Assembly (NCBI RefSeq): GCF_013167455.1
Contig: NZ_CP038328.1
Direction: 5' to 3' (one strand)
Length of the DNA stretch: 64,000 nucleotides
DNA from: Escherichia coli O157:H7
GTDB lineage: Bacteria > Pseudomonadota > Gammaproteobacteria > Enterobacterales > Enterobacteriaceae
Numbering within the stretch: position 1 is the stretch's first letter; each line of letters begins with the position of its first letter. Positions 47,562 through 58,698 of the stretch are shown here, piece by piece. Under the pieces are notes generated by a model that was given only the letters and a program-made list of their open reading frames with translations, searched no databases and was not told the DNA's origin. A program made the position numbers and the translations under genes.

Positions 47562-49823
47562 TTACGCCGGAATTTTGTCAATCTTAGGAATGCGTGACCA
47601 CACGCGGTGTGCTGCCATCAGCGTTAACAGTTCATCCATAAAACTACCGTCGGCGCTGTCAGCTTCCACAATCCCTTCTTCACCCTGGTCAGCGACCTTG
47701 ATTGTTGCTTTAAACTTGCGCGCGTCTCCCGCCAGCGCAATCGGTTTAAGGTGTTTGTAGGCTTCCATCAGGTAGTAGTTGGCATCGCCGTTGTCAGCGA
47801 TATCCGCGATATTGCCGCAAGGGACAATGACCGCATCGACCGTCAGCGAAGGCGCACCGGCAAAGGTAGCGGCTATAGGCAACACCGTACCGTCATCCGC
47901 AGTCACTTCACCCATTCGGGAGTAGAGCAGTTTGGCATGAACGCCTTTGGCCTTCAGCGCCTTGAGAATGGCCAGAAGGTCTGCCGATCTCACTTCATCA
48001 TTAAGTAAAATCGCTACCACGCGACCTTTCACATCACCGTCAGGAATGGCGTACAAACTTAAGGATGGATCCTTTTTCAGACCGTTGACGTCCGGAGGTG
48101 GGGTGATATTCAGCTGGTCGTCAGTCAGTTCGATACCGAGATTTTTCGCCACCGCCTGGGCCAGAGTGAGATCAATATGCGCCAGCTGGTCAACAACGCG
48201 CTCACGAATATACGGACGAACGACTTTGCTTAACTCAAAACTGAAACCATCGACAATATGGCGCTGCTCGAATGGCGTCTGACTTAGCCAGAACAGACGC
48301 GGATGGGAATAATATTCGCCAAAAGATGGACTGCGCTCGCGAACTTTATTTCCTTCCACGCGTTCCTGATATGATTCAAAACCGCCGCGTTTCGGTCCCG
48401 GCGGTGTTTCGCGCGGCCAGTTATCGTTGATCGAGTTCGGTTCGTAATTCGCCGGGTTAGTGTCGATCCCCATACGATGCATGCCGTCACGCTGGAAATT
48501 ATGGTAAGGGCAGGTTGGGCGGTTAATCGGAATCTCATGGAAATTCGGCCCACCAAGACGACTGATTTGTGTATCGGTATAGGAGAACAAACGTCCCTGC
48601 AACAGGGGATCGTTGGTGAAGTCCAGACCAGGAACAATATGACCTGGATGGAATGCTGCTTGTTCGTTTTCGGCAAAGAAGTTATCCGGATTGCGATTGA
48701 GCACCATTTTGCCGACACGCTGAACGGGCACCAGTTCTTCCGGGATAAGTTTAGTTGGATCGAGAAGATCGAAGTCGAACTTGAATTCATCTTCTTCAGG
48801 AATCAACTGGAAGCCCAGTTCGTATTCCGGAAAATCGCCTGCTTCAATGGCTTCCCACAACTCGCGGCGGTGGAAGTCCGGGTCACGTCCGGTTAGTTTT
48901 TGTGCTTCATCCCAAACGAGTGAGGCTTTACCTGCCAGTGGTTTCCAGTGGAAACGTACAAACGTTGCCTTCCCTTCGGCATTAATCAGGCGGAAGGTAT
49001 GAATACCAAAGCCTTCCATGGTGCGGTAACTGCGGGGGATGCCGCGATCCGACATCGCCCACATCACGTTGTGCAGAGTTTCAGGTTGCAGAGAAACATA
49101 ATCCCAGAAAGTATCGTGGGCGCTTTGCCCTTGTGGAATTGCCCAGTGTGGTTCTGGTTTTACCGCATGAACAAAATCGGGGAATTTATGCGCATCCTGG
49201 ATAAAGAAGATTGGCGTGTTATTGCCAACGAGGTCAAAAATACCCTCTTCAGTATAGAACTTGGTGGCAAAGCCACGGATATCACGCACGGTATCGGCAG
49301 AGCCAGCACCACCCTGAACGGTAGAGAACCTAACAAATACTGGGGTGATTTTGTTCGGATCTGAGAGGAAATCCGCTTTGGTGATATCGCTTAAGCTTTT
49401 ATATGGCTGGAAATAACCGTGAGCGGCTGATCCACGTGCATGAACAATACGTTCCGGGATGCGCTCATGGTCAAAGTGGGTGATTTTCTCGCGCAGAATA
49501 AAATCTTCCAGCAGCGTTGGACCACGGCTACCGGCACGCAGTGAGTTTTGATCGTCGGCGATGCGCACGCCCTGATTAGTGGTCAGCGCATAATTTTCAC
49601 TGCCTTTGCGTACGTCTTCCAGAGAATTAAGTTTTTCGTTACGCGTATCAGGGGCTTTCAGGCTCCCTGAGGCGGTAGGTTGTGCACCTGGCGGTGTTGG
49701 TTCAGCCGCTGGACGATGAGAGCCGTCCTCAGGTGCCAGTGAGTCCATCCCCGGTTTCGCTTCGCTGGAATCGTGTAGTGGTGACTGGTGCTGATGTGGG
49801 TTCTTTTCGTTTTGTTGCGACAT
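47562..49823 (-). CDS. katE: catalase HPII
   Basis: 753-aa ORF, large-subunit monofunctional catalase. Confidence 0.95.
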   Translation of the reverse strand: MSQQNEKNPHQHQSPLHDSSEAKPGMDSLAPEDGSHRPAAEPTPPGAQPTASGSLKAPDTRNEKLNSLEDVRKGSENYALTTNQGVRIADDQNSLRAGSRGPTLLEDFILREKITHFDHERIPERIVHARGSAAHGYFQPYKSLSDITKADFLSDPNKITPVFVRFSTVQGGAGSADTVRDIRGFATKFYTEEGIFDLVGNNTPIFFIQDAHKFPDFVHAVKPEPHWAIPQGQSAHDTFWDYVSLQPETLHNVMWAMSDRGIPRSYRTMEGFGIHTFRLINAEGKATFVRFHWKPLAGKASLVWDEAQKLTGRDPDFHRRELWEAIEAGDFPEYELGFQLIPEEDEFKFDFDLLDPTKLIPEELVPVQRVGKMVLNRNPDNFFAENEQAAFHPGHIVPGLDFTNDPLLQGRLFSYTDTQISRLGGPNFHEIPINRPTCPYHNFQRDGMHRMGIDTNPANYEPNSINDNWPRETPPGPKRGGFESYQERVEGNKVRERSPSFGEYYSHPRLFWLSQTPFEQRHIVDGFSFELSKVVRPYIRERVVDQLAHIDLTLAQAVAKNLGIELTDDQLNITPPPDVNGLKKDPSLSLYAIPDGDVKGRVVAILLNDEVRSADLLAILKALKAKGVHAKLLYSRMGEVTADDGTVLPIAATFAGAPSLTVDAVIVPCGNIADIADNGDANYYLMEAYKHLKPIALAGDARKFKATIKVADQGEEGIVEADSADGSFMDELLTLMAAHRVWSRIPKIDKIPA

Positions 49824-50026
49824 TGAACTCGTCTCCTTAATTTATTACTGAAAGGGCCGCTGTTTTGGTCAAAAAACTCTCTAACTATAGACCACCAGCC
49901 AGACCCCGCTTCGGAGACTATTCTGGAAACGGTGTTATGAAATACACGCAAAGCGGGACGTACAGGGGCTAAATCGGCTAAACTACAGTTTTTCTGATTT
50001 TTAATATGCGTTTAGTGAAGCCAGTA

Positions 50027-50269
50027 ATGAAGAAACCGCTCCGCCAGCAAAACCGCCAGATTATTAGCTATGTCCCACGCACGGAACCCGCGCCGCCAGA
50101 ACATGCGATAAAGATGGATTCGTTTCGTGATGTCTGGATGCTGCGTGGCAAATATGTTGCGTTTGTACTGATGGGAGAGTCATTTCTGCGCTCACCGGCG
50201 TTTACTGTGCCTGAATCCGCCCAGCGTTGGGCAAATCAGATCCGCCAGGAAGGGGAAGTGACTGAGTAA
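50027..50269 (+). CDS. cedA: cell division modulator CedA
   Basis: 80 codons from MKKPLRQQNRQIISYV; an in-frame upstream ATG at 50006 is the alternative start. Confidence 0.85.
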   Translation: MKKPLRQQNRQIISYVPRTEPAPPEHAIKMDSFRDVWMLRGKYVAFVLMGESFLRSPAFTVPESAQRWANQIRQEGEVTE

Positions 50270-50545
50270 AGATTACGTACCTCCCGGTTTTGCCGGGAGT
50301 TACATGGCCTGAAATTCTCTATTTCATTGCTACATTCATTCAAACCACCTGTAACAAAAAGCTGCCTTTGACGATCTATTGCTATAAATAAGTGATCTTT
50401 TTTCTTTAATTGTTTATTTATTTTAAAATGGTTAAGTTTTGCTAATCATGATGAGCTATTTTTGATAGTTCATCCTGTGGCGTCGCTCTTAAACTTATAT
50501 TGTAAATGACTTAGATTTAAATGAGATAATAATTTTGTTAACAAT

Positions 50546-51313
50546 ATGAGGCGGGAGATGTTTTCTACAAACTTAATACAGAGTAATTATGGTGATTTAA
50601 ATATTAAAAGCCTGGCTTTCGACTCTTTTAAAGAAAGGCTGCAGTCTACTATGACAGCACTCACTTTCTTTATATCAACGGGTCAATGTGACTGCGATGA
50701 AATAGCAGAATCAAACTTTAATTATATGATTGCCTATATGTCTAACATTAACTATGATGCCTCAAAGCCAGGAGCGCCAGCACTTAGTTTTGATACATAT
50801 CTGCAGGACAATGTTAAATATAGAGTAATAATTAATAATCTTTATGGTAGTGAAATTCGGATAAGAGGTATAAATAAAGATTTTATTGGAATGGATGTCA
50901 CTTCTGTATTTCGCCCAGAAAAAATGACCAATTTGATCAGTATAAAAAACAGGTTGGTTATTCACTATTTAAGGACTATATACTATGAACAATATTATAT
51001 ACATCCTGTCGGGAGCATTTTTGCTGCGATTCAAAAAAATGAGAGTCTCCTAAAGTTTCCTTCGATAATATCAATGCTTAATATCAATCTTCTTTTTAAT
51101 CCACTAAATCTTCCGGGAATGGGAAGTGGTATACTTGAAGATATTATGAGTATTCCAGATAGTTCACTTAGAAAACGTCTCGGGTATGAGGTTTTAAGCT
51201 TCTCGCTACAGGCACATTCATTGAGCCAGGAATGTATTGATAAGTTGGACATTTTTTCGCTGACGATCTGTTTAAATATGAGTCAGTATGCATCGCCGCG
51301 ATGGAACATTTAA
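50546..51313 (+). CDS. ydjO: uncharacterized protein in an AT-rich stretch
   Basis: 255-aa ORF; start possibly at the second Met (50558), which has a GAGG ribosome-binding site; markedly AT-rich. Confidence 0.7.
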   Translation: MRREMFSTNLIQSNYGDLNIKSLAFDSFKERLQSTMTALTFFISTGQCDCDEIAESNFNYMIAYMSNINYDASKPGAPALSFDTYLQDNVKYRVIINNLYGSEIRIRGINKDFIGMDVTSVFRPEKMTNLISIKNRLVIHYLRTIYYEQYYIHPVGSIFAAIQKNESLLKFPSIISMLNINLLFNPLNLPGMGSGILEDIMSIPDSSLRKRLGYEVLSFSLQAHSLSQECIDKLDIFSLTICLNMSQYASPRWNI

Positions 51314-51320
51314 AAAGTAA

Positions 51321-51353
51321 GGCAACGGCCCCTTTACAAAACGGACCGTTGCC
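51321..51353. terminator. bidirectional hairpin between convergent ydjO and ydjN
   Basis: GGCAACGG...CCGTTGCC inverted repeat. Confidence 0.5.
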
Positions 51354-51363
51354 AGCATAAGAA

Positions 51364-52755
51364 TTAATGGTGTGCCAGTTCGGCGTCGTCTTCGCTATCC
51401 AGAATGGCTTTATCGGTTTGCTTCAGCCACTGGCTGGTCAGCGTGCCAGCTGTCATCGAGCCACTAACGTTTAGCGCCGTACGGCCCATGTCGATAAGCG
51501 GTTCAACGGAGATTAACAGCGCCACCAGGGTTACTGGCAGGCCCATCGCAGGCAGCACAATCAGTGCGGCGAAAGTTGCACCACCACCGACACCGGCAAC
51601 GCCTGCGGAGCTAACGGTAACAATACCGACCAGCGTCGCAATCCACATCGGGTCCAGCGGGTTAATGCCAACCGTAGGCGCAACCATCACCGCCAGCATT
51701 GCCGGATACAAACCGGCGCAGCCGTTCTGACCAATGGTCGCACCGAAAGAGGCGGCGAAACTGGCGATGGATTCAGGAACACCGAGTCGACGCGTTTGTG
51801 CTTCCACATTCAGTGGGATAGACGCAGCACTGGAACGGCTGGTAAAGGCAAACGTCAGCACAGGCCATACCTTACGGAAGTACTTCAGCGGACTCACGCC
51901 ATTAATGCCCAGCAGAATGCCATGCACTGCAAACATAATCAGCAGACCGAGGTAGGACGCGACAACGAAACTTCCCAGTTTGATGATGTCTTGCAGGTTA
52001 GAACCTGCAACCACTTTGGTCATTAGTGCCAGAACGCCGTAAGGGGTCAACTGCATGACCAGGCGAACTAGTTTCATCACCCAGCTTTGCAGGGTATCGA
52101 TAGCGGTTAAGACGCGTTCACCTTTCGGCGCATCATCCTTCAGCAGTTTCAGCGCAGCTACACCGAGGAATGCGGCAAAAATTACCACGCTGATAATTGA
52201 CGTCGGATTGGCTCCGGTCAGATCGGCAAACGGGTTTTTCGGGATAAAGGACAAGACCAGCTGCGGAACGCTCAGGTCAGAGACTTTACCAACATAGTTA
52301 CTTTCGATGGCGTTCAGACGTGCAGTTTCTGCACCACCCTGAACCAGACCTTCAGCCGTCAAACCAAACAGGTTGGTTACCAGCACACCGACCAGCGCCG
52401 CAATCAGCGTGGTAAACAAAAGCGTACCAATGGTCAGAAAACTGATTTTGCCTAACTGAGATGCGTTATGCAGACGGGCAACCGCGCTCAGAATAGAGGC
52501 GAAGACTAACGGCATAACGATCATTTGCAGCAGTTGAACATAGCCGTTACCAACAATGTTAAACCACTGTACAGAATCTTTAAGTACCTGGCTGTCAGAA
52601 CCATAAATGGTATGCAGGGCAAGGCCAAAAACCACACCCATCACCAGACCCACCAGCACTTTTTTCGCCAGACTCCACTGTTTATGGCGGGTCTGAGCCA
52701 GCGCAAACAGCAGTACAACGAACACCACGATGTTCGCAATTAATGGAAAGTTCAT
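51364..52755 (-). CDS. tcyP: sodium:dicarboxylate symporter family transporter (L-cystine importer)
   Basis: 463-aa polytopic ORF; named ydjN in older annotation. Confidence 0.85.
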   Translation of the reverse strand: MNFPLIANIVVFVVLLFALAQTRHKQWSLAKKVLVGLVMGVVFGLALHTIYGSDSQVLKDSVQWFNIVGNGYVQLLQMIVMPLVFASILSAVARLHNASQLGKISFLTIGTLLFTTLIAALVGVLVTNLFGLTAEGLVQGGAETARLNAIESNYVGKVSDLSVPQLVLSFIPKNPFADLTGANPTSIISVVIFAAFLGVAALKLLKDDAPKGERVLTAIDTLQSWVMKLVRLVMQLTPYGVLALMTKVVAGSNLQDIIKLGSFVVASYLGLLIMFAVHGILLGINGVSPLKYFRKVWPVLTFAFTSRSSAASIPLNVEAQTRRLGVPESIASFAASFGATIGQNGCAGLYPAMLAVMVAPTVGINPLDPMWIATLVGIVTVSSAGVAGVGGGATFAALIVLPAMGLPVTLVALLISVEPLIDMGRTALNVSGSMTAGTLTSQWLKQTDKAILDSEDDAELAHH

Positions 52756-52887
52756 CCCCGTTCTCCTGATCTTATTATTTCTATCACTGCGTAGCAGTCA
52801 TAGTGTTGGCGCAAGATTAACAGAACTGTGAGCTGGCTCTTATATTCAAATGGAATTGCTTATTACAGAAAGGCGATTTTTGCCTTT

Positions 52888-53478
52888 TTAGTATTCAACC
52901 TGATGCTTAATAAGCCGATGAAACTGGATCTGCAAGGTATTGATCATTTGCGATGACCAACGAACAGCGCTGTTTTCGGGTAATGAATGAGGCATCCATA
53001 CCGACCAGACAAATAATGCCATGCAGATAAAACGTTCCAGTTGGTTACCCTTTTGGGGAACCAGGATAGGCAAGCGGAAACGCCAGCGGCATGGCCAGAG
53101 CAGGGGAACACCGGCGGGTGTCAGCATATCGGCAAGTATGTGGCTTAAATAACCCAGCACCATTCCTTGTAGCGCATCAGCCGGAATGAACCAGCTTTCA
53201 GGAACCTTAAGGTAAAAGGTTGCCAGCAGCGCAAATACCGCCAGCAGACTGTGGGTAAAACCACGATGCCCAAAAGCGCGGGCGATCGGTTTTGATATCC
53301 ACTTTAATCGCTGCCCAAGAAACGACTTTGGGTGATCGATGTCCGGTAACAAACACGTCAGGATTGCGGAAGGGACAATATGCCACCAGTCACCCTGTGC
53401 CAGCACGGGCGTCAGCTCGGCATTTTTGGCAAATACCGCACAAGCAATAGAAAAGAGAAGGTGACCTTCCGCCGTCAT
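52888..53478 (-). CDS. ydjM: LexA-regulated inner-membrane protein
   Basis: 196 codons from MTAEGHLLFSIACAVFA; LexA box immediately upstream. Confidence 0.8.
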   Translation of the reverse strand: MTAEGHLLFSIACAVFAKNAELTPVLAQGDWWHIVPSAILTCLLPDIDHPKSFLGQRLKWISKPIARAFGHRGFTHSLLAVFALLATFYLKVPESWFIPADALQGMVLGYLSHILADMLTPAGVPLLWPCRWRFRLPILVPQKGNQLERFICMALFVWSVWMPHSLPENSAVRWSSQMINTLQIQFHRLIKHQVEY

Positions 53479-53502
53479 GATAAAACTCACTAAACTGTCG
53501 AT

Positions 53503-53522
53503 ACGTACAGTATAGGATTTTT
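53503..53522. promoter_or_regulatory. LexA (SOS) box CTGT-N8-ACAG upstream of ydjM
   Basis: AACTGTCGATACGTACAGTA, 25 bp upstream of the ydjM start; a second weaker palindrome follows at 53519-53540. Confidence 0.6.
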
Positions 53523-53640
53523 ATACAGTGCACGGAAGTGGTGACGGTGTAACTCTTTCTCTTAAATTGACGATTAATCCGTCAGTTGAATGCAAATTCA
53601 GATAAAGAACCAGGGGCAGCGTGATCACTGCCCCTGGTCA

Positions 53641-54309
53641 TTAACCGAGAAGGTCTTTTGCGGTGAGTTCTGTCAGCGATGAGAGTTTGACGTTTGCTAA
53701 TACAAAACGTGGATCATTTTGCGCTTCTGGCGCAGGAACGACGATGGAACGCATGCGGGCTGCTTTAGAGGCGATCATGCCATTTACCGAATCCTCCAGC
53801 GCTACGCAGGTCAGTGGGTCAACGCCCAGTTTTGCTGCGCAGTCGAGATATACTTGCGGATGCGGCTTGCTGTAAGGCAGTTTTTCGGCCGAGGCGAGGG
53901 CATCGAAACTGTCGCGTAAGTCAAACATGGTCAACACTTTTTCCAGCATATGTAGTGGTGACGCGGAGGCCAGTCCCACCAATAAACCTTGTTCTTTGCA
54001 TAACGCAACGGCTTCGCGCACGCCTGGTAATAATGGACGTGTCTCTTCAACCAGTGAAATGGCACGGGCAATAACCCGTTCTACTACTTCCTGACGGCTT
54101 GGCCCATTCCACGGTTGCCGGGCGTACCAAAGATCGACCACCATATCGATGCGTAAACCTAAGGTGTCCGGCAGCTCGTTACGACGGGAGATATCCACCC
54201 CCAGGCTTGCCATCACATCCAGTTCGGCTCGATCCCATAAAGGTTCTGAGTCGATAAGTAATCCATCCATATCAAAAATTGCAGCAAGAATCTGACGCGG
54301 GGTTGACAT
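53641..54309 (-). CDS. yniC: HAD-superfamily sugar phosphatase
   Basis: 222-aa ORF with HAD motif I (AAIFDMDGLLIDSE). Confidence 0.85.
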   Translation of the reverse strand: MSTPRQILAAIFDMDGLLIDSEPLWDRAELDVMASLGVDISRRNELPDTLGLRIDMVVDLWYARQPWNGPSRQEVVERVIARAISLVEETRPLLPGVREAVALCKEQGLLVGLASASPLHMLEKVLTMFDLRDSFDALASAEKLPYSKPHPQVYLDCAAKLGVDPLTCVALEDSVNGMIASKAARMRSIVVPAPEAQNDPRFVLANVKLSSLTELTAKDLLG

Positions 54310-54455
54310 TACAACCTCTCCTTTAGAGCATTATGTGTAAGGTATTAAGCCGTGCTTATGATTAAGCGCCTATCATATCGCCTTTAAAGAATGGGCGAAA
54401 ACGGATATCTACAGGTAAACTAAGTGAAACGACGCGTCTTAATCAAGGAGAACTC

Positions 54456-54992
54456 ATGACGTATCAACAAGCTGGACGCATTGCTGTTTTGAAAAGGATT
54501 ATGGGTTGGGTGATTTTTATACCTGCATTGATCTCTACATTGATTTCTTTGCTGAAATTTATGAATACCCGGCAGGAAAACCAGGAAGGCATTAATGCGG
54601 TCATGCTCGACTTTACTCATGTCATGATCGATATGATGCAGGCGAATACGCCTTTTTTGAATCTGTTCTGGTATAACTCCCCGACGCCCAATTTTAATGG
54701 TGGCGTGAACGTTATGTTCTGGGTGATTTTCATCCTGATTTTTGTTGGACTGGCGTTGCAGGATTCCGGTACCCGGATGAGTCGCCAGGCGCGCTTCTTG
54801 CGGGAAGGTGTTGAAGATCAACTCATTCTGGAAAAAGCCAAAGGGGAAGAGGGGCTAACGCGTGAACAAATTGAGTCACGTATTGTTGTTCCGCACCATA
54901 CTATTTTCCTGCAGTTTTTCTCACTGTATATCCTGCCGGTTATTTGTATTGCTGCAGGTTATGTGTTCTTTTCTCTGCTTGGGTTTATTTAA
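54456..54992 (+). CDS. yniB: inner-membrane protein of unknown function
   Basis: 178-aa ORF with hydrophobic spans. Confidence 0.8.
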   Translation: MTYQQAGRIAVLKRIMGWVIFIPALISTLISLLKFMNTRQENQEGINAVMLDFTHVMIDMMQANTPFLNLFWYNSPTPNFNGGVNVMFWVIFILIFVGLALQDSGTRMSRQARFLREGVEDQLILEKAKGEEGLTREQIESRIVVPHHTIFLQFFSLYILPVICIAAGYVFFSLLGFI

Positions 54993-54998
54993 TCAAAA

Positions 54999-55015
54999 GG
55001 CCGCACGGAGCGGCC
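54999..55015. terminator. bidirectional hairpin GGCCGC-acgga-GCGGCC between yniB and yniA
   Basis: Read directly from the sequence. Confidence 0.45.
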
Positions 55016-55032
55016 ATTATCTTCAACCCATA

Positions 55033-55893
55033 TCACGCAGCTAATAATCTATCCAGTGACTGCTGAGCAATAACCAAATGCTGACCGCCAAATAATCTTG
55101 CACGATTTAACAGCGTGTAGAGTTGGTAAACCGGTTGACGTTCAAGGAAATCGGCAGGTAGCGGGGATACTGACTGATAGCCGTCATAGATTTGTGGCGG
55201 CTGTTCAGTATGCAGCGGTAACATCGCCAGGTCGCACTCTCGGTCACCCCAGTAGCAGGCCGGGTCGAAAATGTACGGGCCATCCGGACCCAGCGCACAG
55301 TTGCCGGACCATAAATCGCCGTGCAACAGAGAAGGCTGCGGTTGATGTGAGGCGAGACGCTGCTGAATATGCTCGACGATGGCATCGATATTGCCGAAAG
55401 CGATCCCTTTTTCTGCTGCCAGTTCCAACTGCCAGCCAATCCGTTGTTCAGCAAAAAACGTTGACCAGCGACGTTGCCAGGTGTTGGGCTGTGGAGTTGT
55501 GGAGAGCGAGTTATCAAAATCGAGTCCAAATTGTGGTTGGTCGCTCCATTGATGTAAACGCGCAATTTGCTGACCAAGAATAAATGCGCTATGCGCATCC
55601 AGCGGACGAGGTGGGAGATAATCCATCACCAGAAAACTGTAGTCACGGTCAGCGCCAACTGCCCAAACCTTAGGCACGGTGACGGTTTTACTACGCGACA
55701 GTAACTCCAGTTGGTCGGCTTCGGCGGTAAAACCGGGAAGCAGTTCCCTTTCATCACATTTGACGAAAAAGTCATGTCCTGCATAGCGCAAATGCCATGC
55801 GGCATGGACTTCTCCGCCAGGCAGTTCATTACGCAGTTCGATTTCGCCTTCACCTAACTGCTCGCTCAAAAGACGACTGATTGCCTGCCACAT
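55033..55893 (-). CDS. yniA: fructosamine/ketosamine kinase family protein
   Basis: 286-aa ORF, kinase-like fold (LHGDLWSGN). Confidence 0.85.
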   Translation of the reverse strand: MWQAISRLLSEQLGEGEIELRNELPGGEVHAAWHLRYAGHDFFVKCDERELLPGFTAEADQLELLSRSKTVTVPKVWAVGADRDYSFLVMDYLPPRPLDAHSAFILGQQIARLHQWSDQPQFGLDFDNSLSTTPQPNTWQRRWSTFFAEQRIGWQLELAAEKGIAFGNIDAIVEHIQQRLASHQPQPSLLHGDLWSGNCALGPDGPYIFDPACYWGDRECDLAMLPLHTEQPPQIYDGYQSVSPLPADFLERQPVYQLYTLLNRARLFGGQHLVIAQQSLDRLLAA

Positions 55894-55998
55894 GATGTCT
55901 CTCCCATGTTGTCTGCCAGATCATAAGGTTAGCGCAAGAATGCGGTGTAAAAACACGAGCTAACGCACACCACAGACTGATTATTGCCCAAAAACCAT

Positions 55999-56289
55999 TT
56001 ATTTTCTGTTGCTATTCCATTCCTCCCAGGTCGTGATGGTGATTTCAGGATCTTTGCCGGTTGCACTTTGGGTAAGCCCCGAAACCAGTTCTCTAATTTC
56101 TTCTTCACTTTGGGTACTGATAAGTCCAAAAGTGTTAGTCCCCAGCTCATGGATATTTCCCTCATCATCCGTCATGGTGAGCAAAAAACCGTCGCGAGTC
56201 AGGTAATTATTCAACTCGTTAATTTCAGTCAATGTATCCTCATGCAACATGACGGTTATGACATAACGGACAAGATCGCCACTGGCCAT
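55999..56289 (-). CDS. ydiZ: small protein of unknown function
   Basis: 96-aa ORF MASGDLVRYVITVMLHEDTL. Confidence 0.75.
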   Translation of the reverse strand: MASGDLVRYVITVMLHEDTLTEINELNNYLTRDGFLLTMTDDEGNIHELGTNTFGLISTQSEEEIRELVSGLTQSATGKDPEITITTWEEWNSNRK

Positions 56290-56389
56290 AGTTCACCCCT
56301 TTGTTATCACATGACTTTTGAGCATAGTCGGAGAAACGCGTTGCCGACAGGTTGGTGATGATTCCCCCAATGCTGGGGGAATGTTTTTG

Positions 56390-57319
56390 TTAGCGGGAAA
56401 GGTAAGCGTAAATTTTTTGCGTATCGTCATGGGAGCACAGACGTGTTCCCTGATTGAGTGTGGCTGCACTCCCCGCAGCTACGCCAAAACGAACCATCTC
56501 TTCAAGAGAGGCATTTTCTGCCAGTTTCAGTGTCATCGCGCCGACCATGCTATCACCAGCGCCAACGGTACTCTGGCTTTTCACCGGTGGTGGCACCACC
56601 TGAATGCAGTTTTCACTATCAACACCCAGCGCTCCTTGTGGACCCAGGGAAACGACAACCCGTTTGGCCTTGCCGCTATTAACGATTTCCTGCGCGGCTT
56701 TGCGGACATCGTCTGGCTGGGTGAGTTCGCGATTCACCAGCGCACTGAGTTCTTTTTGGTTAGGCTTAACCAACTCGATGTTACCAATCGCCAGTGCTGC
56801 ACTTAACGCTTCGCCAGAACTGTCGATGATGCAGCGGATCCCTTGGTTTTGCGCAGCGGAAATCAGTTGGGTTAATTTTTCCAGCTTCACACCTGGCGGC
56901 AGGCTTCCGCTTATGACCAGGATGGCCCCGGATTCAATTTCCAGAACTTGCTCTTCAAGCTGGCGAAACTCATCTTCATTTAATGCCGCGCCTGGCATAA
57001 CAAAACGATACTGCTCACCGCTTGCTTCCACATGTACGTGTAAATTCTGCCGGGTCCAGTCTTTGGCTTCTACAGTAGCGACGGGGACATTTTCATCCGC
57101 CAACAGTGAAACCAGGTGTTCGCCGGTCGCGCCACCCGCCGGGAAGATCGCTGTGGCACTGCCTCCAAGATGGGCAATGGCGCGGGCGACGTTGATGCCG
57201 CCGCCCCCGGGTTCGAACACCGGTGCGGTACAGCGCAGTTTTCCTTCGGGATAAATTTGCGGGGTAATTGTTGCGCTATCGAGAGAGGGCGCAAGTGTCA
57301 ACGTATAGATACGTACCAT
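56390..57319 (-). CDS. pfkB: 6-phosphofructokinase II
   Basis: 309 codons from MVRIYTLTLAPSLD; ribokinase-family motifs. Confidence 0.9.
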   Translation of the reverse strand: MVRIYTLTLAPSLDSATITPQIYPEGKLRCTAPVFEPGGGGINVARAIAHLGGSATAIFPAGGATGEHLVSLLADENVPVATVEAKDWTRQNLHVHVEASGEQYRFVMPGAALNEDEFRQLEEQVLEIESGAILVISGSLPPGVKLEKLTQLISAAQNQGIRCIIDSSGEALSAALAIGNIELVKPNQKELSALVNRELTQPDDVRKAAQEIVNSGKAKRVVVSLGPQGALGVDSENCIQVVPPPVKSQSTVGAGDSMVGAMTLKLAENASLEEMVRFGVAAGSAATLNQGTRLCSHDDTQKIYAYLSR

Positions 57320-57605
57320 CATTTCCTCCTATAGGCTGATTTCAGTCTGGCACCGAATCAGCGGAAAGTGAAGAAATTAACAATATGATTTATTGGAGCT
57401 TTATTTAAAATTTTGCAGATAAATATATATAAATAAAAATCTGTTTTCGCCACATGCTTATTCAAAAAATGAAATAAGAATACATTGATAAGTTATTCGC
57501 GCCTTTTTATAATTCGTTACCTTTCCAGGGACGCTAATCTTTGATCCTTAAGAAAGTTTCCGGGACCGCGATGGTCTCTTTTTTTGTTGTACGGACTCTT
57601 GATAA

Positions 57606-58364
57606 ATGAAGCTTTTGAAGACAGTTCCTGCCATCGTTATGTTGGCGGGGGGCATGTTTGCGTCACTGAATGCAGCTGCCGATGATTCCGTTTTTACTGT
57701 CATGGACGATCCTGCCAGCGCTAAAAAACCTTTCGAAGGTAATCTGAACGCAGGGTATCTTGCACAATCAGGCAATACGAAAAGCTCCTCACTTACGGCT
57801 GACACCACCATGACCTGGTATGGACAAACCACTGCCTGGTCGCTGTGGGGGAACGCCAGTAATACTTCTTCTAATGATGAGCGTTCTTCAGAAAAATATG
57901 CGGCGGGCGGGCGTAGCCGTTTTAATTTAACTGATTATGACTATTTATTTGGTCAGGCAAGCTGGCTGACAGACCGTTATAACGGCTATCGAGAGCGCGA
58001 TGTGTTGACCGCGGGTTATGGTCGTCAGTTTTTGAATGGCCCGGTACACAGTTTCCGCTTTGAATTCGGTCCAGGTGTGCGTTACGACAAATATACCGAC
58101 AATGCCAGTGAAACTCAGCCGCTGGGCTATGCCTCCGGTGCTTATGCATGGCAGCTTACTGACAACGCTAAATTTACGCAGGGTGTTTCCGTCTTTGGCG
58201 CGGAAGACACAACGCTGAACTCCGAAAGCGCATTAAATGTTGCTATTAATGAGCATTTTGGACTGAAGGTGGCTTACAACGTCACATGGAACTCTGAACC
58301 TCCAGAGTCTGCACCGGAACATACCGACCGTCGGACAACCTTATCGCTGGGCTACAGCATGTAA
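57606..58364 (+). CDS. ydiY: outer-membrane beta-barrel protein (DUF481)
   Basis: 252-aa ORF with signal peptide and C-terminal aromatic residue pattern. Confidence 0.8.
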   Translation: MKLLKTVPAIVMLAGGMFASLNAAADDSVFTVMDDPASAKKPFEGNLNAGYLAQSGNTKSSSLTADTTMTWYGQTTAWSLWGNASNTSSNDERSSEKYAAGGRSRFNLTDYDYLFGQASWLTDRYNGYRERDVLTAGYGRQFLNGPVHSFRFEFGPGVRYDKYTDNASETQPLGYASGAYAWQLTDNAKFTQGVSVFGAEDTTLNSESALNVAINEHFGLKVAYNVTWNSEPPESAPEHTDRRTTLSLGYSM

Positions 58365-58416
58365 AATTATCTGCCGGACCGTGTTATGCGGTCTGGCTGT
58401 CTTCGTTTGTCACTGC

Positions 58417-58524
58417 TCAGCCCCAAATCATTGCTGCCCAACGTAGCAACAACATAGCGCCACAGATTGCCAGTAGCACCACCACCATCTTCCAGTGTTT
58501 TTTATCAAAGCGTTTAGTCGGCAT
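58417..58524 (-). CDS. yniD: small single-pass membrane protein (35 aa)
   Basis: MPTKRFDKKHWKMVVVLLAICGAMLLLRWAAMIWG, the C-terminal 35 codons of ORF 58417..58635. Confidence 0.6.
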   Translation of the reverse strand: MPTKRFDKKHWKMVVVLLAICGAMLLLRWAAMIWG

Positions 58525-58698
58525 ACCAGTGTCCTGCATATCTCTTGTGCGTGATAACGGAGTGTAACAAAAGGGACAGGCATCAAGGGATTTTTTGTTA
58601 TTACAGCCGTCGGGTGGCGTTGTACACCTGATCACTGTTTCTGCGTTTTATGAAAAAATAAAATTATGTATCGATATATAAATATCGTAAATAGCTGG

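Noticed and set aside
56604-57254. 216-aa plus-strand ORF
   Set aside because: Antisense to pfkB; Ser/Ala/Pro-rich shadow frame.
58525-58635. Longer 72-aa form of the small ORF
   Set aside because: Only the C-terminal 35 codons form a coherent small membrane protein; the upstream part is Cys/Pro-rich with no start-signal support.
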